Source of the DNA: Trichormus sp. ATA11-4-KO1
GTDB lineage: Bacteria; Cyanobacteriota; Cyanobacteriia; Cyanobacteriales; Nostocaceae
Direction: 5' to 3'
Length of the DNA stretch: 64,000 bases
Assembly: GCA_019358915.1 (NCBI GenBank)
Contig: JAHHIM010000023.1
Span: 1 to 64,000 of the forward strand
The notes beneath the pieces were generated by a model that was not told where the DNA came from, did no database searches, and worked only from the letters and a program-made list of their open reading frames with translations. The position numbers were made by a program, and so were the translations under genes. Positions 29,275 through 41,126 of this stretch are shown in pieces (the first letter of the stretch is position 1; every line of letters starts with the position of its first letter).

Positions 29275-29733
29275 TTAACTAGCTGCCATTGCTCGAACAA
29301 TATCACCACGAGTGAGAATACCAACAACTTGACTCGCGCTGTCAAGAACTGGTAATCGGTGAACTTTGCGATCGTGCATCAGTTGAGCTGCTTCCTTGAC
29401 AGTTTTATCTGGAGAAATAGTCACAGGGTTTTTACTCATCACTTCGCCAACAGTTTGCCCTAGTGCTTTGTGTAGATCGCGATCGTAAGTGGCAGGATTT
29501 TGTAAATAAATCACACTATCGAGAAACATAATGTACGCCGGAGGAGTCACACCAGTTTCTTGCCACATCAAATCAGTTTCGGAAATAATACCCACCAATT
29601 TACCAACATCATCAACAACAGGTATGCCACCGATGCGTCTTTCTGCAAGAATTTGGATAGCTTCCTTTAATGGAGTTTCAGGCCTGACAACAATTGGGTC
29701 ATGGCTCATCACGTCGGCAACGGTTTTAGACAT
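29275..29733 (-). CDS. CBS-domain protein
   Basis: Two CBS repeats (GIPVVD..GIISETD; RLPVLD..GILTRGD). Confidence 0.9.
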   Translation of the reverse strand: MSKTVADVMSHDPIVVRPETPLKEAIQILAERRIGGIPVVDDVGKLVGIISETDLMWQETGVTPPAYIMFLDSVIYLQNPATYDRDLHKALGQTVGEVMSKNPVTISPDKTVKEAAQLMHDRKVHRLPVLDSASQVVGILTRGDIVRAMAAS

Positions 29734-29861
29734 TTATTTGCTGACACCTTCGATCAAAGTCTCTGCAATCATTGTAGAAAATTGCGTGACTCAACCTGCT
29801 TCAGTTAATACATTGTTACGGTATTGGGGAATGGGGACTCAGAAAATCCCCCTCATCCCCC

Positions 29862-30281
29862 TCATCTCCCAACTCCCTCCTTTAACGCTGCGATAATTTG
29901 ACTATTTGCTTGGGGAAAAGCATATTTTTCTAGATCATCTAAGTTAACCCAGCAAACTTCATCACATTCTAGAGGTTGGGGAACACCTGTCATCAAACGA
30001 CACTGATGTACTGTTAGGGTGACGCGCAAGTGAGTGTAAGTGTGATCAATAGTAATTAAATGTTCTCCCACGGCAATTACTATTCCCAGTTCTTCTTTAA
30101 TTTCCCGTTGAATACACTCTTCAATGGTTTCACCAGGCTCAATTTTACCTCCAGGAAATTCCCACAAACCACCCATTACACCTTCTGAACGACGGCGGTC
30201 TATTAAAATTTGTTCATGGTCGTTCCAAATTACAGCAACACCAATAATTTTGTGGGGTGGGAAAGAACTGGTTGCACTCAT
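29862..30281 (-). CDS. mutT: 8-oxo-dGTP diphosphatase MutT
   Basis: WEFPGGKIEPGE..REIKEELG Nudix box, FPQAN; start ATG 30281. Confidence 0.85.
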   Translation of the reverse strand: MSATSSFPPHKIIGVAVIWNDHEQILIDRRRSEGVMGGLWEFPGGKIEPGETIEECIQREIKEELGIVIAVGEHLITIDHTYTHLRVTLTVHQCRLMTGVPQPLECDEVCWVNLDDLEKYAFPQANSQIIAALKEGVGR

Positions 30282-30436
30282 AGTTAATGATGTTAAAAAT
30301 GTGGGTGGAATTTTTCCAGATGCATGTACACCGTAGCCGCGTTGGAGAGGGGTTGGGGGAGAGGTCAAAAGAGATTTATCGAACTCACGCTAACTACATA
30401 ATTTTACATTGCTTAACTATTTACTTAATAGCAAAA

Positions 30437-30465
30437 CTCGGCAGATGTTGAGTTAATCTGCCGAG
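30437..30465 (-). terminator. Rho-independent terminator-like hairpin after the DUF760 gene
   Basis: CTCGGCAGAT-N9-ATCTGCCGAG followed by a T-run on the minus strand. Confidence 0.6.
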
Positions 30466-30596
30466 CTTGCAGTTTATTTAAAGGGAAGGTAAGTTATGAA
30501 AAGCCTGCATGTAATTAATTTTCCATGGGTTTACCCATAACTATGAGACTGTATAAACCCAATAATGTTGCAATCTCCGATAAAAATTTCAATTGT

Positions 30597-30938
30597 TTAG
30601 TCAACTTCGCTATTATTCTCGGTTCCTTGCAAAACTTTTTCAAAGTTCATTCTCTGCTCTGCATTGCGTAAAAAATAACCACTGATCATCGCTGAGGCGA
30701 GTAGCTGACCAAGACTTTCCCGACTTGTGGTTACGGTAACGTTAAAGTGTTCTGAAGGCAGGTTTCCTAATAATCCTATAATGTTACGCTCCATTACCTG
30801 AAAGACTTCGGAAGAAGTAGGTTTAGATAACTGGGTAACTGTTTCTGGACTCAAAGATTTAACGTACTGCCATAACAAATTACTTGTTTCTGACTCACCA
30901 TTAAAAAATTCTGAGACTCGATTGGATTGGTTACTCAT
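30597..30938 (-). CDS. DUF760 family protein
   Basis: LWQYVKSLSPE, GLLGNLP, LLASAMISGYFLRNAEQR. Confidence 0.85.
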   Translation of the reverse strand: MSNQSNRVSEFFNGESETSNLLWQYVKSLSPETVTQLSKPTSSEVFQVMERNIIGLLGNLPSEHFNVTVTTSRESLGQLLASAMISGYFLRNAEQRMNFEKVLQGTENNSEVD

Positions 30939-31170
30939 CTTGTACCTCTTGTAGGATCACTACTGGCTGTAGTGCTGGCAACTTGAATAGTAAATGCCTG
31001 TTTTTAATTTGATATAACTAGCTATTGGCTATCCTTATCAATTAATGTAACAGGCTAATTACCAACCAGCAGTCGGTGTAACCGTACCAAAAGTAGAGTA
31101 TTTTCTCGTCTTAATACAGTATGTTTTTTTCCCAGTACTCAGAAAAAACTCACTACTTCTTTGATAACTC

Positions 31171-32169
31171 CTAACTTGCCAAATATTCATTCATGTTGGC
31201 TTTAGACTTGCGAAGTTTAGTTAAAGCTTCCCGCTCGATTTGCCGCACTCGTTCACGACTGATGTTTAATATCTCACCTATTTTTGCTAGAGTCAGTGCT
31301 TGTCCATCAGCTAATCCAAAGCGCAACGTAATCACTTCCTTTTGTTGCGGTGTGAGTTCCTCCATCAGACGTTCTAAGTCATAAGATAGAGAAGATTGCA
31401 TGACAAACTCTTCTGGAGAAGCTCCTGGATCTTCCAGCATTTCTCCGAGTTCGGTATCATAGTTATCTCCTAACCGCAAATCTAAAGATAGAGGTAACCG
31501 CGCCTTTTCTAAATACTCTCGCACTTGCTTTGGCGTCAGTTCCAATTCTTCAGCTAGTTCAGCAGCTGAAGGTGCACGTCCCAATTGTTGAGATAACTGG
31601 CGCTGTGCCTTTTTAATTTTATTTAATTTTTCCGTAATGTGAATCGGCAGCCTGATAGTGCGAGCTTTTTCGGCGATCGCTCTAGTGATGGCTTGACGTA
31701 TCCACCAATAGGCATAGGTCGAAAACCTATAACCTTTGGTTGGGTCAAACTTTTCTACGCCCCGTTGCATACCGATACTACCTTCTTGGATCAAGTCTAG
31801 TAAATCGACGTTGCGTTTAATGTATTTTTTGGCAACAGATACCACCAGACGCAAATTGGCTTCTACCATTTTGCGTTTAGCAATCTCACCGTCGGCGATC
31901 GCATCGTTCAACTCTGTTATTTCTAAATTTGCGGCTGTGGCCCACTCTTCTAAACTCGGTTGACGACCCAACTGATTGATCAGATACTCCCTGACTTCGT
32001 GCAAAGCACTGGAACGTTGCACTTGTTTGCCATAGAAAATTTCCTCCTCGTGGGTTAAGAGTGGCACACGGCCAATCTCACGCAGGTAAGTCCGCACGAG
32101 GTCTGTGGCTGTCTGAGCGGTCTTCATGGCGCTACTCTTTGGTAATGATGGACTTGACGGTGGGGTCAT
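31171..32169 (-). CDS. sigD: Group 2 RNA polymerase sigma factor (SigD-like)
   Basis: [48 protein letters not shown]; no region 1.1; sigD call is from recalled Nostocales gene order (dps-carB-sigD). Confidence 0.8.
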   Translation of the reverse strand: MTPPSSPSLPKSSAMKTAQTATDLVRTYLREIGRVPLLTHEEEIFYGKQVQRSSALHEVREYLINQLGRQPSLEEWATAANLEITELNDAIADGEIAKRKMVEANLRLVVSVAKKYIKRNVDLLDLIQEGSIGMQRGVEKFDPTKGYRFSTYAYWWIRQAITRAIAEKARTIRLPIHITEKLNKIKKAQRQLSQQLGRAPSAAELAEELELTPKQVREYLEKARLPLSLDLRLGDNYDTELGEMLEDPGASPEEFVMQSSLSYDLERLMEELTPQQKEVITLRFGLADGQALTLAKIGEILNISRERVRQIEREALTKLRKSKANMNEYLAS

Positions 32170-32481
32170 TAACTGATAGATGCTTTTGCGGGGTATTACC
32201 CAACTGAACTGGGAAACTAAGATATGGTTGGTAATTTACGCTTCCGAAAATCTCGGCTGCTCATATTAATCAGATTAAGGTCTTAACTGGTAGACGTTAC
32301 AGTTATTTCTCAGTTTTCACAAGTATCTAAGGTTAGATAAAAGGTACAATTTGAACATTTTTTGTATTGACCATTATTAATAATTGTAACATTTATGAGA
32401 AAAATTGAAAAGCCTAACAGTCCTGATTTTTTTAGCTGTTTTAGTTTATGCCATAGACTACTTGCAGCTGTTTTAGTTTAT

Positions 32482-32671
32482 CAATAAAGGCAGAGGGCAG
32501 AGGGCAGGAGGCAGAAGGAATACTGTCCTCCGTCTTTTGCTGCGACCACTCGTGAGCAAGGGTTTAAGACCCCCACCGAACTCTGTTCGGTAGCCCCAAA
32601 ACAGGAGGGGTCAGAATCCCTTTCTGTTTTGTTCCTTCTGCCCTCTGCCTCCTGCCTCCTGCCTTCTTCAA
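32482..32671. mobile_element. MITE-like insertion with imperfect 34-bp terminal inverted repeats built from heptamers
   Basis: AAGGCAGAGGGCAG...GAAGGAA (32487-32520) and TTCCTTCTG...GCCTT (32632-32665), GC-rich palindromic core, flanked by duplicated sequence. Confidence 0.65.
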
Positions 32672-33069
32672 GCCATAGACTACTTGCAGTAGTACGGAAA
32701 CTAGGGAATGCTAACGACAAGGGAGAGGGGAAAGAGAAATTTTCCTTGTCTGCTGGATTTAAAGCTATCCTCACCTTCTAACCAAAGACACTTTTACCAT
32801 AGGTTTTACACTGTCGGTTTCTGAGAATTTGTCTGGTAGCCAACCTGATAAAAATTTTGCCAGAGAAAAATTACTTCCTCATATTTGTTAAAATATCTCA
32901 ATGAAAACAATAATTATCCTTCTATAATAATTGCTTAATTTTCCTTGTAAATACTGCTTAATGCAGATTAAGAAAAGACAAGGGGGAAAAATTTTTGAGT
33001 TGCAAATTTCCCCCACAGCCCCAATTTCTCTGACAAAACCCAGTATTCCTACTTCCTAGACTGAGAGCT

Positions 33070-36000
33070 TCATTCACCAACCTTGCAGTAATCTTGGATA
33101 ACTTTTACGTCTAAAGTAGTAGTTTGTAGTGAACGGATCGCGGCGACAGTAGCTTTTGCGCCAGCGATGGTAGTGATAATGGGTATTTTGTAGGATAAGG
33201 CTGTACGACGGATTAACCTAGCATCAGTTTGGGCTTCTTCTCCTGAAGGTGTGTTAATGATGAGTTGGATTTTCTGATTTTTAATCGCATCTAGGACGTG
33301 AGGACGACCTTCATGGAGTTTCAGCACTAACTCAACATCTAACCCCTGTTCCTGGAGGACACGGCGTGTACCTAGTGTGGCCATCACTGTAAAGCCCAAG
33401 TCGAGAAATTCCTTAACTACATTAACCGCAGCAGCTTTATCGCGATCGCTCATGGAAACAAATACAGTTCCTTTTAGGGGTAAACGTTCTCCAGCAGCCA
33501 ATTCTGCCTTGGCAAAGGCGCGCCCAAAATCGCTATCGATTCCCATCACCTCACCAGTAGAGCGCATTTCTGGGCCTAATATTGTATCAGTTCCCGGGAA
33601 TTTATTAAACGGTAATACTGCTTCTTTGACAGCAATATGAGAAGGAATCACTTCTTGGGTAAAGCCTAGCTCCTCTAAAGTTTTACCCGACATAATCAAA
33701 GATGCTAGTTTTGCCAATGGTACGCCCGTCGCTTTAGACACAAAAGGCACTGTACGCGAGGCGCGGGGGTTTGCTTCCAGAATATAAACTTGGGGAGAAT
33801 AGCCTTGAGCGCCAACAACGGCAAATTGAATATTCATTAACCCCACAACTGACAACGCTTGAGCTAGTTGCACAGTCCAAGTGCGAATTTGTGTGAGAAC
33901 TGCTGGGGACAGGGAAATAGATGGTAAAGAACAGGCAGAATCTCCTGAGTGGATTCCCGCTTGCTCAATGTGTTCCATGATACCACCGATTACTACCCTG
34001 CCAGTGTGGTCAGCGATCGCATCAACATCGACTTCGATGGCATTTTCCAAAAACTTATCAATTAAAATCGGATGTTCAGGTTCCACCTGCACTGCAAATG
34101 TCATGTAACGTTCTAATTCTGTATCAGAATAGACGATTTCCATCGCTCGTCCTCCCAATACGTAACTAGGACGCACAACTACCGGATAGCCAATGCGTTT
34201 AGCGACAATCAGCGCATCCTCATAACTCCGAGCAATTCCATTGGGTGGTTGGGCAATATTTAATTGATTAAGAATCTTTTCAAATCGTTCCCGATCTTCT
34301 GCCATGTCAATGGAATCCGGGGACGTACCCCAAATGTGAGTGCTGAGGCTTCCTTCCTGAGTGCTGAGAAATTGTTGTAGGGGTACTGCTAATTTTAGGG
34401 GTGTTTGTCCGCCAAATTGAATGATTATGCCTACGGGATTTTCCGCTTCGATAATGTTGATGACATCTTCTTTGGTCAACGGCTCAAAGTACAGGCGATC
34501 GCTTGTGTCATAATCTGTGGAAACTGTCTCAGGATTGGAATTGACCATGATTGTTTCAAATCCTGCTCCCTTCAACGCATAAGCGGCGTGACAACAACAA
34601 TAGTCAAACTCGATTCCCTGGCCGATGCGGTTGGGACCACCACCCAAAATCATTACTTTTGGCTTGGTTGTGGGCAAAACCTCGGTTTCTGCTTCGTAGG
34701 TGGAGTAATAATACGGAGTAAACGCTTCAAACTCAGCCGCGCAGGTGTCCACTGTTTTGTAAACTGGGATAATTCCTAGTTGTTTGCGGTAGGCGCGGAC
34801 TTCATCTTCGGTGGTTTTAGTAGCAAAGGCGATTTGGCGATCGCTATATCCATCGCGTTTTACACTATATAGTTGTGCCTTTGTCAACTGCTGTAAGGGT
34901 GTCCGCTTGAGGAATTTCTCCACATCCAACAATTGCTGCATTTTATCTAGAAACCACGGGTCAATGCCTGTAAGTTCGTAGATTTCCTCAGGACTTAGCC
35001 CCAGTTGCAAAGCATGACGCACAGCAAAAATGCGATCAGGGTTAGGTGTCCGTAGTTGGGCGCGAATCTGTTCACCACTAGGTAATTTTTCGGCTTTGTC
35101 ACAACCCCAACCAGCGCGGCCAGTTTCTAGGGAGCGCAGGGCTTTTTGGAAAGATTCATTAAATGTCCGTCCAATGGCCATTGCTTCCCCCACCGACTTC
35201 ATTTGAGTAGTCAGCACAGGTTCCGAACCGGGGAACTTCTCAAAAGCGAAGCGGGGAATTTTGGTGACTACATAGTCAATGGTTGGCTCAAAAGACGCGG
35301 GTGTTTGCTTGGTGATATCATTTTGAATTTCATCCAAGGTGTAACCCACAGCCAGCTTGGCGGCTATTTTGGCAATGGGAAAACCTGTAGCTTTGGAAGC
35401 TAAAGCCGAACTACGGGAAACACGGGGGTTCATTTCAATGACAACTACATCCCCAGTAATGGGATTGATGGCAAATTGGATATTAGAACCGCCAGTTTCC
35501 ACCCCAATCTCGCGGATAATTTTAATTGCCATGTCCCGCAGCCGTTGATATTCTTTATCAGTCAGGGTTTGGGCGGGAGCTACGGTGATGGAGTCGCCGG
35601 TGTGGATACCCATCGGGTCAAGGTTTTCGATGGAACAGATAATTACGACATTATCCGCTAAGTCGCGCATTACTTCCAACTCGTATTCTTTCCAACCGAG
35701 TAGGGACTGGTCAATGAGAATTTGGGAAACCGGACTAGCATCTATACCTACCTGGGCCATTTCTTCAAATTCTTCTTGGTTGTAGGCAATACCACCACCA
35801 GTGCCACCCATTGTAAAGGCAGGACGAATAATTAAGGGATAAGTCCCAATTTGTGAGGCGATCGCTTTTGCTTCTTCTAAAGATGAGGCTGTACCACTGG
35901 GACACACCAGTACCCCAATCTTTGCCATCGCTTCGTTAAATAGTTTGCGGTCTTCCGCTTTTTCGATCGCGGGTAACTTAGCGCCTATTAATTCAACGTT

Positions 36001-36333
36001 ATACTTCTCTAAAGCGCCATTTTTCGCCAGAGCAACAGCAAGGTTGAGAGCAGTTTGTCCGCCCATTGTTGGCAGTAGAGCATCAGGGCGTTCTTTAGCG
36101 ATCACTTTTTCGACCAATTCCGGTGTTAGCGGCTCAATATAAGTGCGATCAGCCGTTTCTGGATCGGTCATAATCGTTGCCGGGTTAGAGTTGACCAACA
36201 CCACTTCATAGCCTTCTTCTCGCAGCGCTTTACAGGCTTGAGTGCCAGAGTAGTCAAACTCACAGGCTTGTCCGATGACGATGGGGCCAGAGCCTAACAA
36301 TAGTATTTTCCGGAGGTCTTGACGGCGGGGCAT
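33070..36333 (-). CDS. carB: Carbamoyl-phosphate synthase large subunit
   Basis: [17 protein letters not shown], two ATP-grasp domains, MGS domain. Confidence 0.98.
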   Translation of the reverse strand: MPRRQDLRKILLLGSGPIVIGQACEFDYSGTQACKALREEGYEVVLVNSNPATIMTDPETADRTYIEPLTPELVEKVIAKERPDALLPTMGGQTALNLAVALAKNGALEKYNVELIGAKLPAIEKAEDRKLFNEAMAKIGVLVCPSGTASSLEEAKAIASQIGTYPLIIRPAFTMGGTGGGIAYNQEEFEEMAQVGIDASPVSQILIDQSLLGWKEYELEVMRDLADNVVIICSIENLDPMGIHTGDSITVAPAQTLTDKEYQRLRDMAIKIIREIGVETGGSNIQFAINPITGDVVVIEMNPRVSRSSALASKATGFPIAKIAAKLAVGYTLDEIQNDITKQTPASFEPTIDYVVTKIPRFAFEKFPGSEPVLTTQMKSVGEAMAIGRTFNESFQKALRSLETGRAGWGCDKAEKLPSGEQIRAQLRTPNPDRIFAVRHALQLGLSPEEIYELTGIDPWFLDKMQQLLDVEKFLKRTPLQQLTKAQLYSVKRDGYSDRQIAFATKTTEDEVRAYRKQLGIIPVYKTVDTCAAEFEAFTPYYYSTYEAETEVLPTTKPKVMILGGGPNRIGQGIEFDYCCCHAAYALKGAGFETIMVNSNPETVSTDYDTSDRLYFEPLTKEDVINIIEAENPVGIIIQFGGQTPLKLAVPLQQFLSTQEGSLSTHIWGTSPDSIDMAEDRERFEKILNQLNIAQPPNGIARSYEDALIVAKRIGYPVVVRPSYVLGGRAMEIVYSDTELERYMTFAVQVEPEHPILIDKFLENAIEVDVDAIADHTGRVVIGGIMEHIEQAGIHSGDSACSLPSISLSPAVLTQIRTWTVQLAQALSVVGLMNIQFAVVGAQGYSPQVYILEANPRASRTVPFVSKATGVPLAKLASLIMSGKTLEELGFTQEVIPSHIAVKEAVLPFNKFPGTDTILGPEMRSTGEVMGIDSDFGRAFAKAELAAGERLPLKGTVFVSMSDRDKAAAVNVVKEFLDLGFTVMATLGTRRVLQEQGLDVELVLKLHEGRPHVLDAIKNQKIQLIINTPSGEEAQTDARLIRRTALSYKIPIITTIAGAKATVAAIRSLQTTTLDVKVIQDYCKVGE

Positions 36334-36800
36334 AGTCGTTGGGTTGGAGTAAGAGAATACAAATCCTGATTATTTTAAGGGTCTTTTCCCCTAGTCATAT
36401 TATTTATTATTAAGTTTTCCAGGTTTAACAACACAGACAAAGGAAATAGGTACAGGTAGATGGGAGCGCAGGGGGGAAAACTGCCATAGCTATCCTGTAT
36501 CAGAGTAGCAGGCGATCGCCACTTGGTATAACTATTTAATTTGTTACTTCACATATCTACTTTTCTGTATCTACTATTTTAAATATTTCTCAGTAAAGTT
36601 AATCTTAGTTATTTGCAAATATTTTTGATTTAAACTAATGATGCTTAACCATAATTAAGTATTTGTTGCATACATATTGCACTGCTGACTTTGCATAAAT
36701 AACTTAAATAACAATATTTCTTAACTGGCTAATTAGTAATATTTTCTTATACCTATTACTTGACCACCTAATATCTTGTGTGTTCCTGTTTATTTAAATT

Positions 36801-36839
36801 AAAAATGGCAGAAAGAATTCTCTACTTTCTGCCATTTTT
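36801..36839. terminator. Rho-independent terminator downstream of dps
   Basis: AAAAATGGCAGAAAG-N9-CTTTCTGCCATTTTT. Confidence 0.75.
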
Positions 36840-36912
36840 TAGAGTTTTTTAAGACTTAGTGCTGCTAACTCTTTCATCAGTCTCGATCACACCAATCAAG
36901 AAGATGAGGGTA

Positions 36913-37467
36913 TTAGTTTTGAGCAGGTTGGACAAATGCCAAGGTTAAGCTATCATGAGCGAGGAAGTGAGCCAAGTGGAAAGCTCGTTCCTCAGTTTTT
37001 AACAGAATTTTTTCGTACAAATAACGTGTGGCTCGGTCGCCTAAACTCTCTGCCTGAGCGGCTTGGCGACGAATAACGTTGATGATAGCTTGTTCTGCCG
37101 CTAGGTCATTTTCTACCATCTGGCGACAAGAATATACGCCATCGGCTTCTTGTTCAAAACACGTTAATTCTGCTAATTTGCTGAAGGTAGCTACTGGTAC
37201 ACCGCCCAATCCATCTAAGCGCTCGCCAATTTCATGGGTATGTCCCTGTACTTCTTCATAGCTCTCGTTGAAAAACTGATGCAGCTGATAAAATTCTGAA
37301 CCTTCAACTACAAAATGATGTTTTTGGTACTGTAAATACAGTGCCTGGAAACTAGCTAATACAACATTAAATCCTTCAGTGACTGGCGCTGTTACACTGT
37401 GATCCAGCAGGATAGGATTGTCATAAACATGACCAAAATTTCTTAATACAGTTTGCGTCTCAGACAT
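36913..37467 (-). CDS. dps: Dps family ferritin-like protein
   Basis: [32 protein letters not shown]. Confidence 0.9.
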   Translation of the reverse strand: MSETQTVLRNFGHVYDNPILLDHSVTAPVTEGFNVVLASFQALYLQYQKHHFVVEGSEFYQLHQFFNESYEEVQGHTHEIGERLDGLGGVPVATFSKLAELTCFEQEADGVYSCRQMVENDLAAEQAIINVIRRQAAQAESLGDRATRYLYEKILLKTEERAFHLAHFLAHDSLTLAFVQPAQN

Positions 37468-38098
37468 TGTTCTCCTCGCTTTTTAGCAGTTGTAGTTTTA
37501 ACTGCTTATTCTCTATATATTAACATTTAAAAAATAAAGGCAAGCCTAATTAATATCATAAAATTTAGATTTTTTTGTGGCTAAAAGTGCAAAGTTTCCT
37601 CTTAAGCAGGATAAACACACACCTATCGTGTAGTCTGTAATTACCACTAATGACAATGTGTGCAAAGTATCTTGTTAAACATCAAAACTATCCCAGCGAA
37701 CCCCTATTCCTTACTGGAAATAGGGAAAATATCAAGAATCGAAGCTTTTCTTTGCTGAGTACAGAGAAAGGTTTTTGAGTATTTTTTGTGATTGCCCTCA
37801 AGATGCTTTAATGTTAAATAATTTGCTTAAAAGTGTATATACCTAGAGAAGCCATAGCAGATTAGGGTATTTGAAAAGTAATCCAGTGAACACAAGTTAA
37901 ATCTAAAATCTCCTCTGTTTCTTGTATTTGGGAGACTGGAGGCGATTGATAACGAAAAATTATTACAAAGTTTTCATATTTTTTGCCCGGACAACTGAGA
38001 ATTGTTAGCACTTAGGGTAAGCTTATTTAAAGATGCTGTAATCCAAAAATTTTAAAAATTAGGGGGTTAAGGCACGGTAGTTACTGCAATTTAGTCGC

Positions 38099-38374
38099 AT
38101 GTTGAGGGCTAGTCGCTTGAAAACGTTCAATTCAGAAATTCAAAAAAAGTACGTTGTTGGGGTGAATTGGGCAGACCGATGGCAAGTCTATAGACGCTTA
38201 CAGGAGTTAGATATTCCCTGTTGGTGTGAGACTAACCAGCCATTGATGGTGGAAATTGATAATCCTTTAGCAGCTGTTCAATTTTGGTGTGTGATGCGGC
38301 GATTAACAGCTTCCCGTCAAGACCTGATTTGGTCTCTGGAAAACAGCTGGCAAAGACGCTACCGAAAGCATTAA
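38099..38374 (+). CDS. Asr1405/Asl0597-family small protein
   Basis: DRWQVYRRLQELDIPCWC..SRQDL pattern; start may be TTG 38117. Confidence 0.75.
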   Translation: MLRASRLKTFNSEIQKKYVVGVNWADRWQVYRRLQELDIPCWCETNQPLMVEIDNPLAAVQFWCVMRRLTASRQDLIWSLENSWQRRYRKH

Positions 38375-38447
38375 TAGATGGCAGATATGCAAGCTGTCTT
38401 ATTTAATGCCTTAAGAACATTACTTAGTTAAAAATGGGTTAAACAAC

Positions 38448-39104
38448 ATGAGTGCATCTTACAGTACAGAAATCTCAGAATTTTGCCTTGAAGGAAGGTT
38501 TATTGATTTTGTCATTAAAGATGGCTACAAGCTCAAAGGCTTATTGTTAGGCACTTCCGATGGTGAATGCTATGTTAAACTTGCCAAGCATTTACGAGCA
38601 GCTTTTGACTTGCGGTTACCACCAGGTACTTGGCTACAAGTTGTTGGTTACAAAAAGTACGACATTAAAAAAGATAAAATTACATTAAAAGCTGAACGTG
38701 TAATGGCAGCACGTTCTGAAGCGGGGAGAGTTCCCACTGTCACTTCACTACAAGAACCCCCAGCAATGAACACTACTAAAGTAAAATCAGTTAAAAATAA
38801 AGACACAATTTTGGTGTGTCAAAAGTCTGATTGTATGAAACGGGGTGGTAAAGCACTGTGTCAGGCGTTGGAAGCAGCTTTAAGTAATCGCGGTTTGGAA
38901 GACCAAGTGACCATTAAAGGTACTGGTTGCATGAAAAACTGCAAAGCTGGCCCTAACCTAGTGATGCCAAACAAAACCCGCTATAGTCGCATTCAAGCTG
39001 CACAAGTTCCTGGACTCATGGACAAGCACTTTGCTGACAAGGGATTGGAGGAGCAGCCAGATAATTCAACACAAGTAATCATACCTAACAGCAAATTTTG
39101 CTGA
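38448..39104 (+). CDS. Thioredoxin-like (2Fe-2S) ferredoxin-domain protein
   Basis: ILVCQKSDC..GG, TGCMKNCKAGPN. Confidence 0.8.
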   Translation: MSASYSTEISEFCLEGRFIDFVIKDGYKLKGLLLGTSDGECYVKLAKHLRAAFDLRLPPGTWLQVVGYKKYDIKKDKITLKAERVMAARSEAGRVPTVTSLQEPPAMNTTKVKSVKNKDTILVCQKSDCMKRGGKALCQALEAALSNRGLEDQVTIKGTGCMKNCKAGPNLVMPNKTRYSRIQAAQVPGLMDKHFADKGLEEQPDNSTQVIIPNSKFC

Positions 39105-39444
39105 AGTTGACAGTAAAAGATTTACTTTTTAATGAGAAAATTTAATAAGAAGATTTTTAGTGTGTTTCTCTAGCACTCGGTGGCAATTTTTGCAAATACT
39201 TTGCAAGAGTTCAAAAGCGATCGCCTAAAATTGGCAATGACTATACAGGCGATCGCTTCACATTTCTTATCTATCAAATTCAGCAAGTGTCAGCTGACGC
39301 TGTTTCAGAATATCTTGTAGACTCTTGGGTTTGTTTTGCGGGTTATTCACAAGCTTCTGTATTTGAAGTGCTAATACTTACAGAATAACTACTAACCACG
39401 CACACTATATTCCAGAAATTGCTTAATTAACAAAATTCACCACC

Positions 39445-39750
39445 TTACGCATTATCCGACTCTGCAAGTAAAGCTTCTAAATCTTGACGACCACTGACAA
39501 CGCGCAAAATTTCTACTCCATTATCAATTACCCGATAGAGAATTATATATCCATCTAACGGCAAGCCACGCAATGAAGGTTTAATATGAGCATAACTGCG
39601 TCCCATATTGGGAAATTTTGCTAATTTTCGACATTTATTATTAAATTCTTGAAATAATTTTTCTCCTGCCGCTAGATTTATTATTAAAAAATAATCAGAG
39701 ATTTCATTTAAATCACGGCTGGCAGATGGTGAGATTATATAGCGACTCAT
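39445..39750 (-). CDS. parE: Type II toxin, ParE/RelE family
   Basis: ISPSASRDLNEI, FPNMGR, YIILYRV, VEILRVVSGRQD. Confidence 0.85.
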   Translation of the reverse strand: MSRYIISPSASRDLNEISDYFLIINLAAGEKLFQEFNNKCRKLAKFPNMGRSYAHIKPSLRGLPLDGYIILYRVIDNGVEILRVVSGRQDLEALLAESDNA

Positions 39751-40013
39751 TACTGATTTTCACGTGCCTTTTGGAACCTTTCCAGTATCTGCATGACGAC
39801 AGTTTCACCATCCAAACCTTCCCCTCGGTCAAGTTCTGTAATCGCCACATCAACTTTTTGTCGCGTTTCTTCAACCCATTGAAGATACTCGAAATTACAT
39901 TTTTCTAATATTTGAAATGCTATATCAATTACTTCATCTGCGTTTGTAAATCTCCCACTAGCAATTTGAGCTTGAATAAATTGCTCATGTTCGGGTTTAA
40001 GTTTAATATCCAC
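39750..40013 (-). CDS. parD: Type II antitoxin, ParD (CC2985-like RHH) family
   Basis: LKPEHEQFIQAQIASGRF..ADEVI; GTG start 40013; stop overlaps toxin start. Confidence 0.8.
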   Translation of the reverse strand: MDIKLKPEHEQFIQAQIASGRFTNADEVIDIAFQILEKCNFEYLQWVEETRQKVDVAITELDRGEGLDGETVVMQILERFQKARENQ

Positions 40014-40138
40014 AATTCCTTCCCAGAATTTGCCATCAGTTGTACCCAAATGGTACTAAATCTAAAAAAGAATATGGGCATAGGTAAAGAAGCTTAAACT
40101 TTCCATTTTCTTTCCTACGCCCTGACAATCCTTAACTC

Positions 40139-40537
40139 TTATGTTCCAGGTATCACCGCAATACAATCAATCTCTACCAAAACATCTTTTGGTAACCGCG
40201 AAACCTGCACACAAGCACGCGCTGGCGCAGTTGCTTCCTCAAAATACTGGGCATAAACTGCATTGACTGCGGCAAAATCATTCATATCAGCTAAAAATAC
40301 CGTCGTCTTCACCACATCACCAAACTTAGCCCCAGCAGCCTGCAAAATCGCCTCCAGATTTGCCATTACCTTCTCAGCCTGCTGCTTCACATCCCCCATA
40401 CCCACAATTTCCCCTGTATTGGGATCAAGGGCAATTTGTCCAGCCACAAACACCATTTGACCAGAAGCAGCGATCGCTTGATTATATGGTCCCACAGGAG
40501 CAGGTGCGCTATCAGTACGAATAACTTTTTTACTCAT
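40139..40537 (-). CDS. ridA: RidA/YjgF enamine deaminase
   Basis: [36 protein letters not shown]; start ATG 40537. Confidence 0.9.
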   Translation of the reverse strand: MSKKVIRTDSAPAPVGPYNQAIAASGQMVFVAGQIALDPNTGEIVGMGDVKQQAEKVMANLEAILQAAGAKFGDVVKTTVFLADMNDFAAVNAVYAQYFEEATAPARACVQVSRLPKDVLVEIDCIAVIPGT

Positions 40538-40572
40538 CTCTTCCTTCGTGTCCTTTGCGTCTTCGCGGTTCG

Positions 40573-41007
40573 TTAAAAACCTAGCCTGGGAAGTATCCCA
40601 TAATGCCGATAACGCCAATAATCTCGCAGAATGCGATCGTGGTCAAAACATAAATTACTCGGCACACGCCAAGACTCAAAAACGCCTATATTTTTAGCAT
40701 CATCTCCCGCCAGTGGTTCCCCTGTCGCTGTCGCTAAAAACACAATACTGATTGTATGTTGCCGAGGGTCGCGACTAGGGTCAGAATACACCAAAAATTG
40801 AGTAATTAACTCCACCTGCAAACCTGTTTCCTCCTCAGCCTCTCGCCGCGCTGCTACTTCCACAGGTTCACCATAATCCACAAACCCACCGGGAATAGCC
40901 CAACCTAAGGGCGGATTATGTCGCTCAATTAACACTATCGGTCGATGTGGCCGATCCACTAATTCAATGATGATATCAACCGTTGGTGCAGGATTTCTGT
41001 AATTCAT
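40573..41007 (-). CDS. NUDIX hydrolase (ADP-ribose pyrophosphatase-like)
   Basis: [34 protein letters not shown]. Confidence 0.9.
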   Translation of the reverse strand: MNYRNPAPTVDIIIELVDRPHRPIVLIERHNPPLGWAIPGGFVDYGEPVEVAARREAEEETGLQVELITQFLVYSDPSRDPRQHTISIVFLATATGEPLAGDDAKNIGVFESWRVPSNLCFDHDRILRDYWRYRHYGILPRLGF

Positions 41008-41126
41008 AGTCAGTAGTCATTGGTCATTAGTTACTTCCCTATTCCCCAATCTTCCGAAAGCTTTCAATGCTGACCTTACCGTGATAGATTCGATGGGATC
41101 GCTTACTCCTATATTTGAAGTTAAAT

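Noticed and set aside
32481..32774. 97-aa ORF upstream of sigD
   Set aside because: Reads through a heptamer-based MITE (EGRRQEAEGRR); most likely spurious
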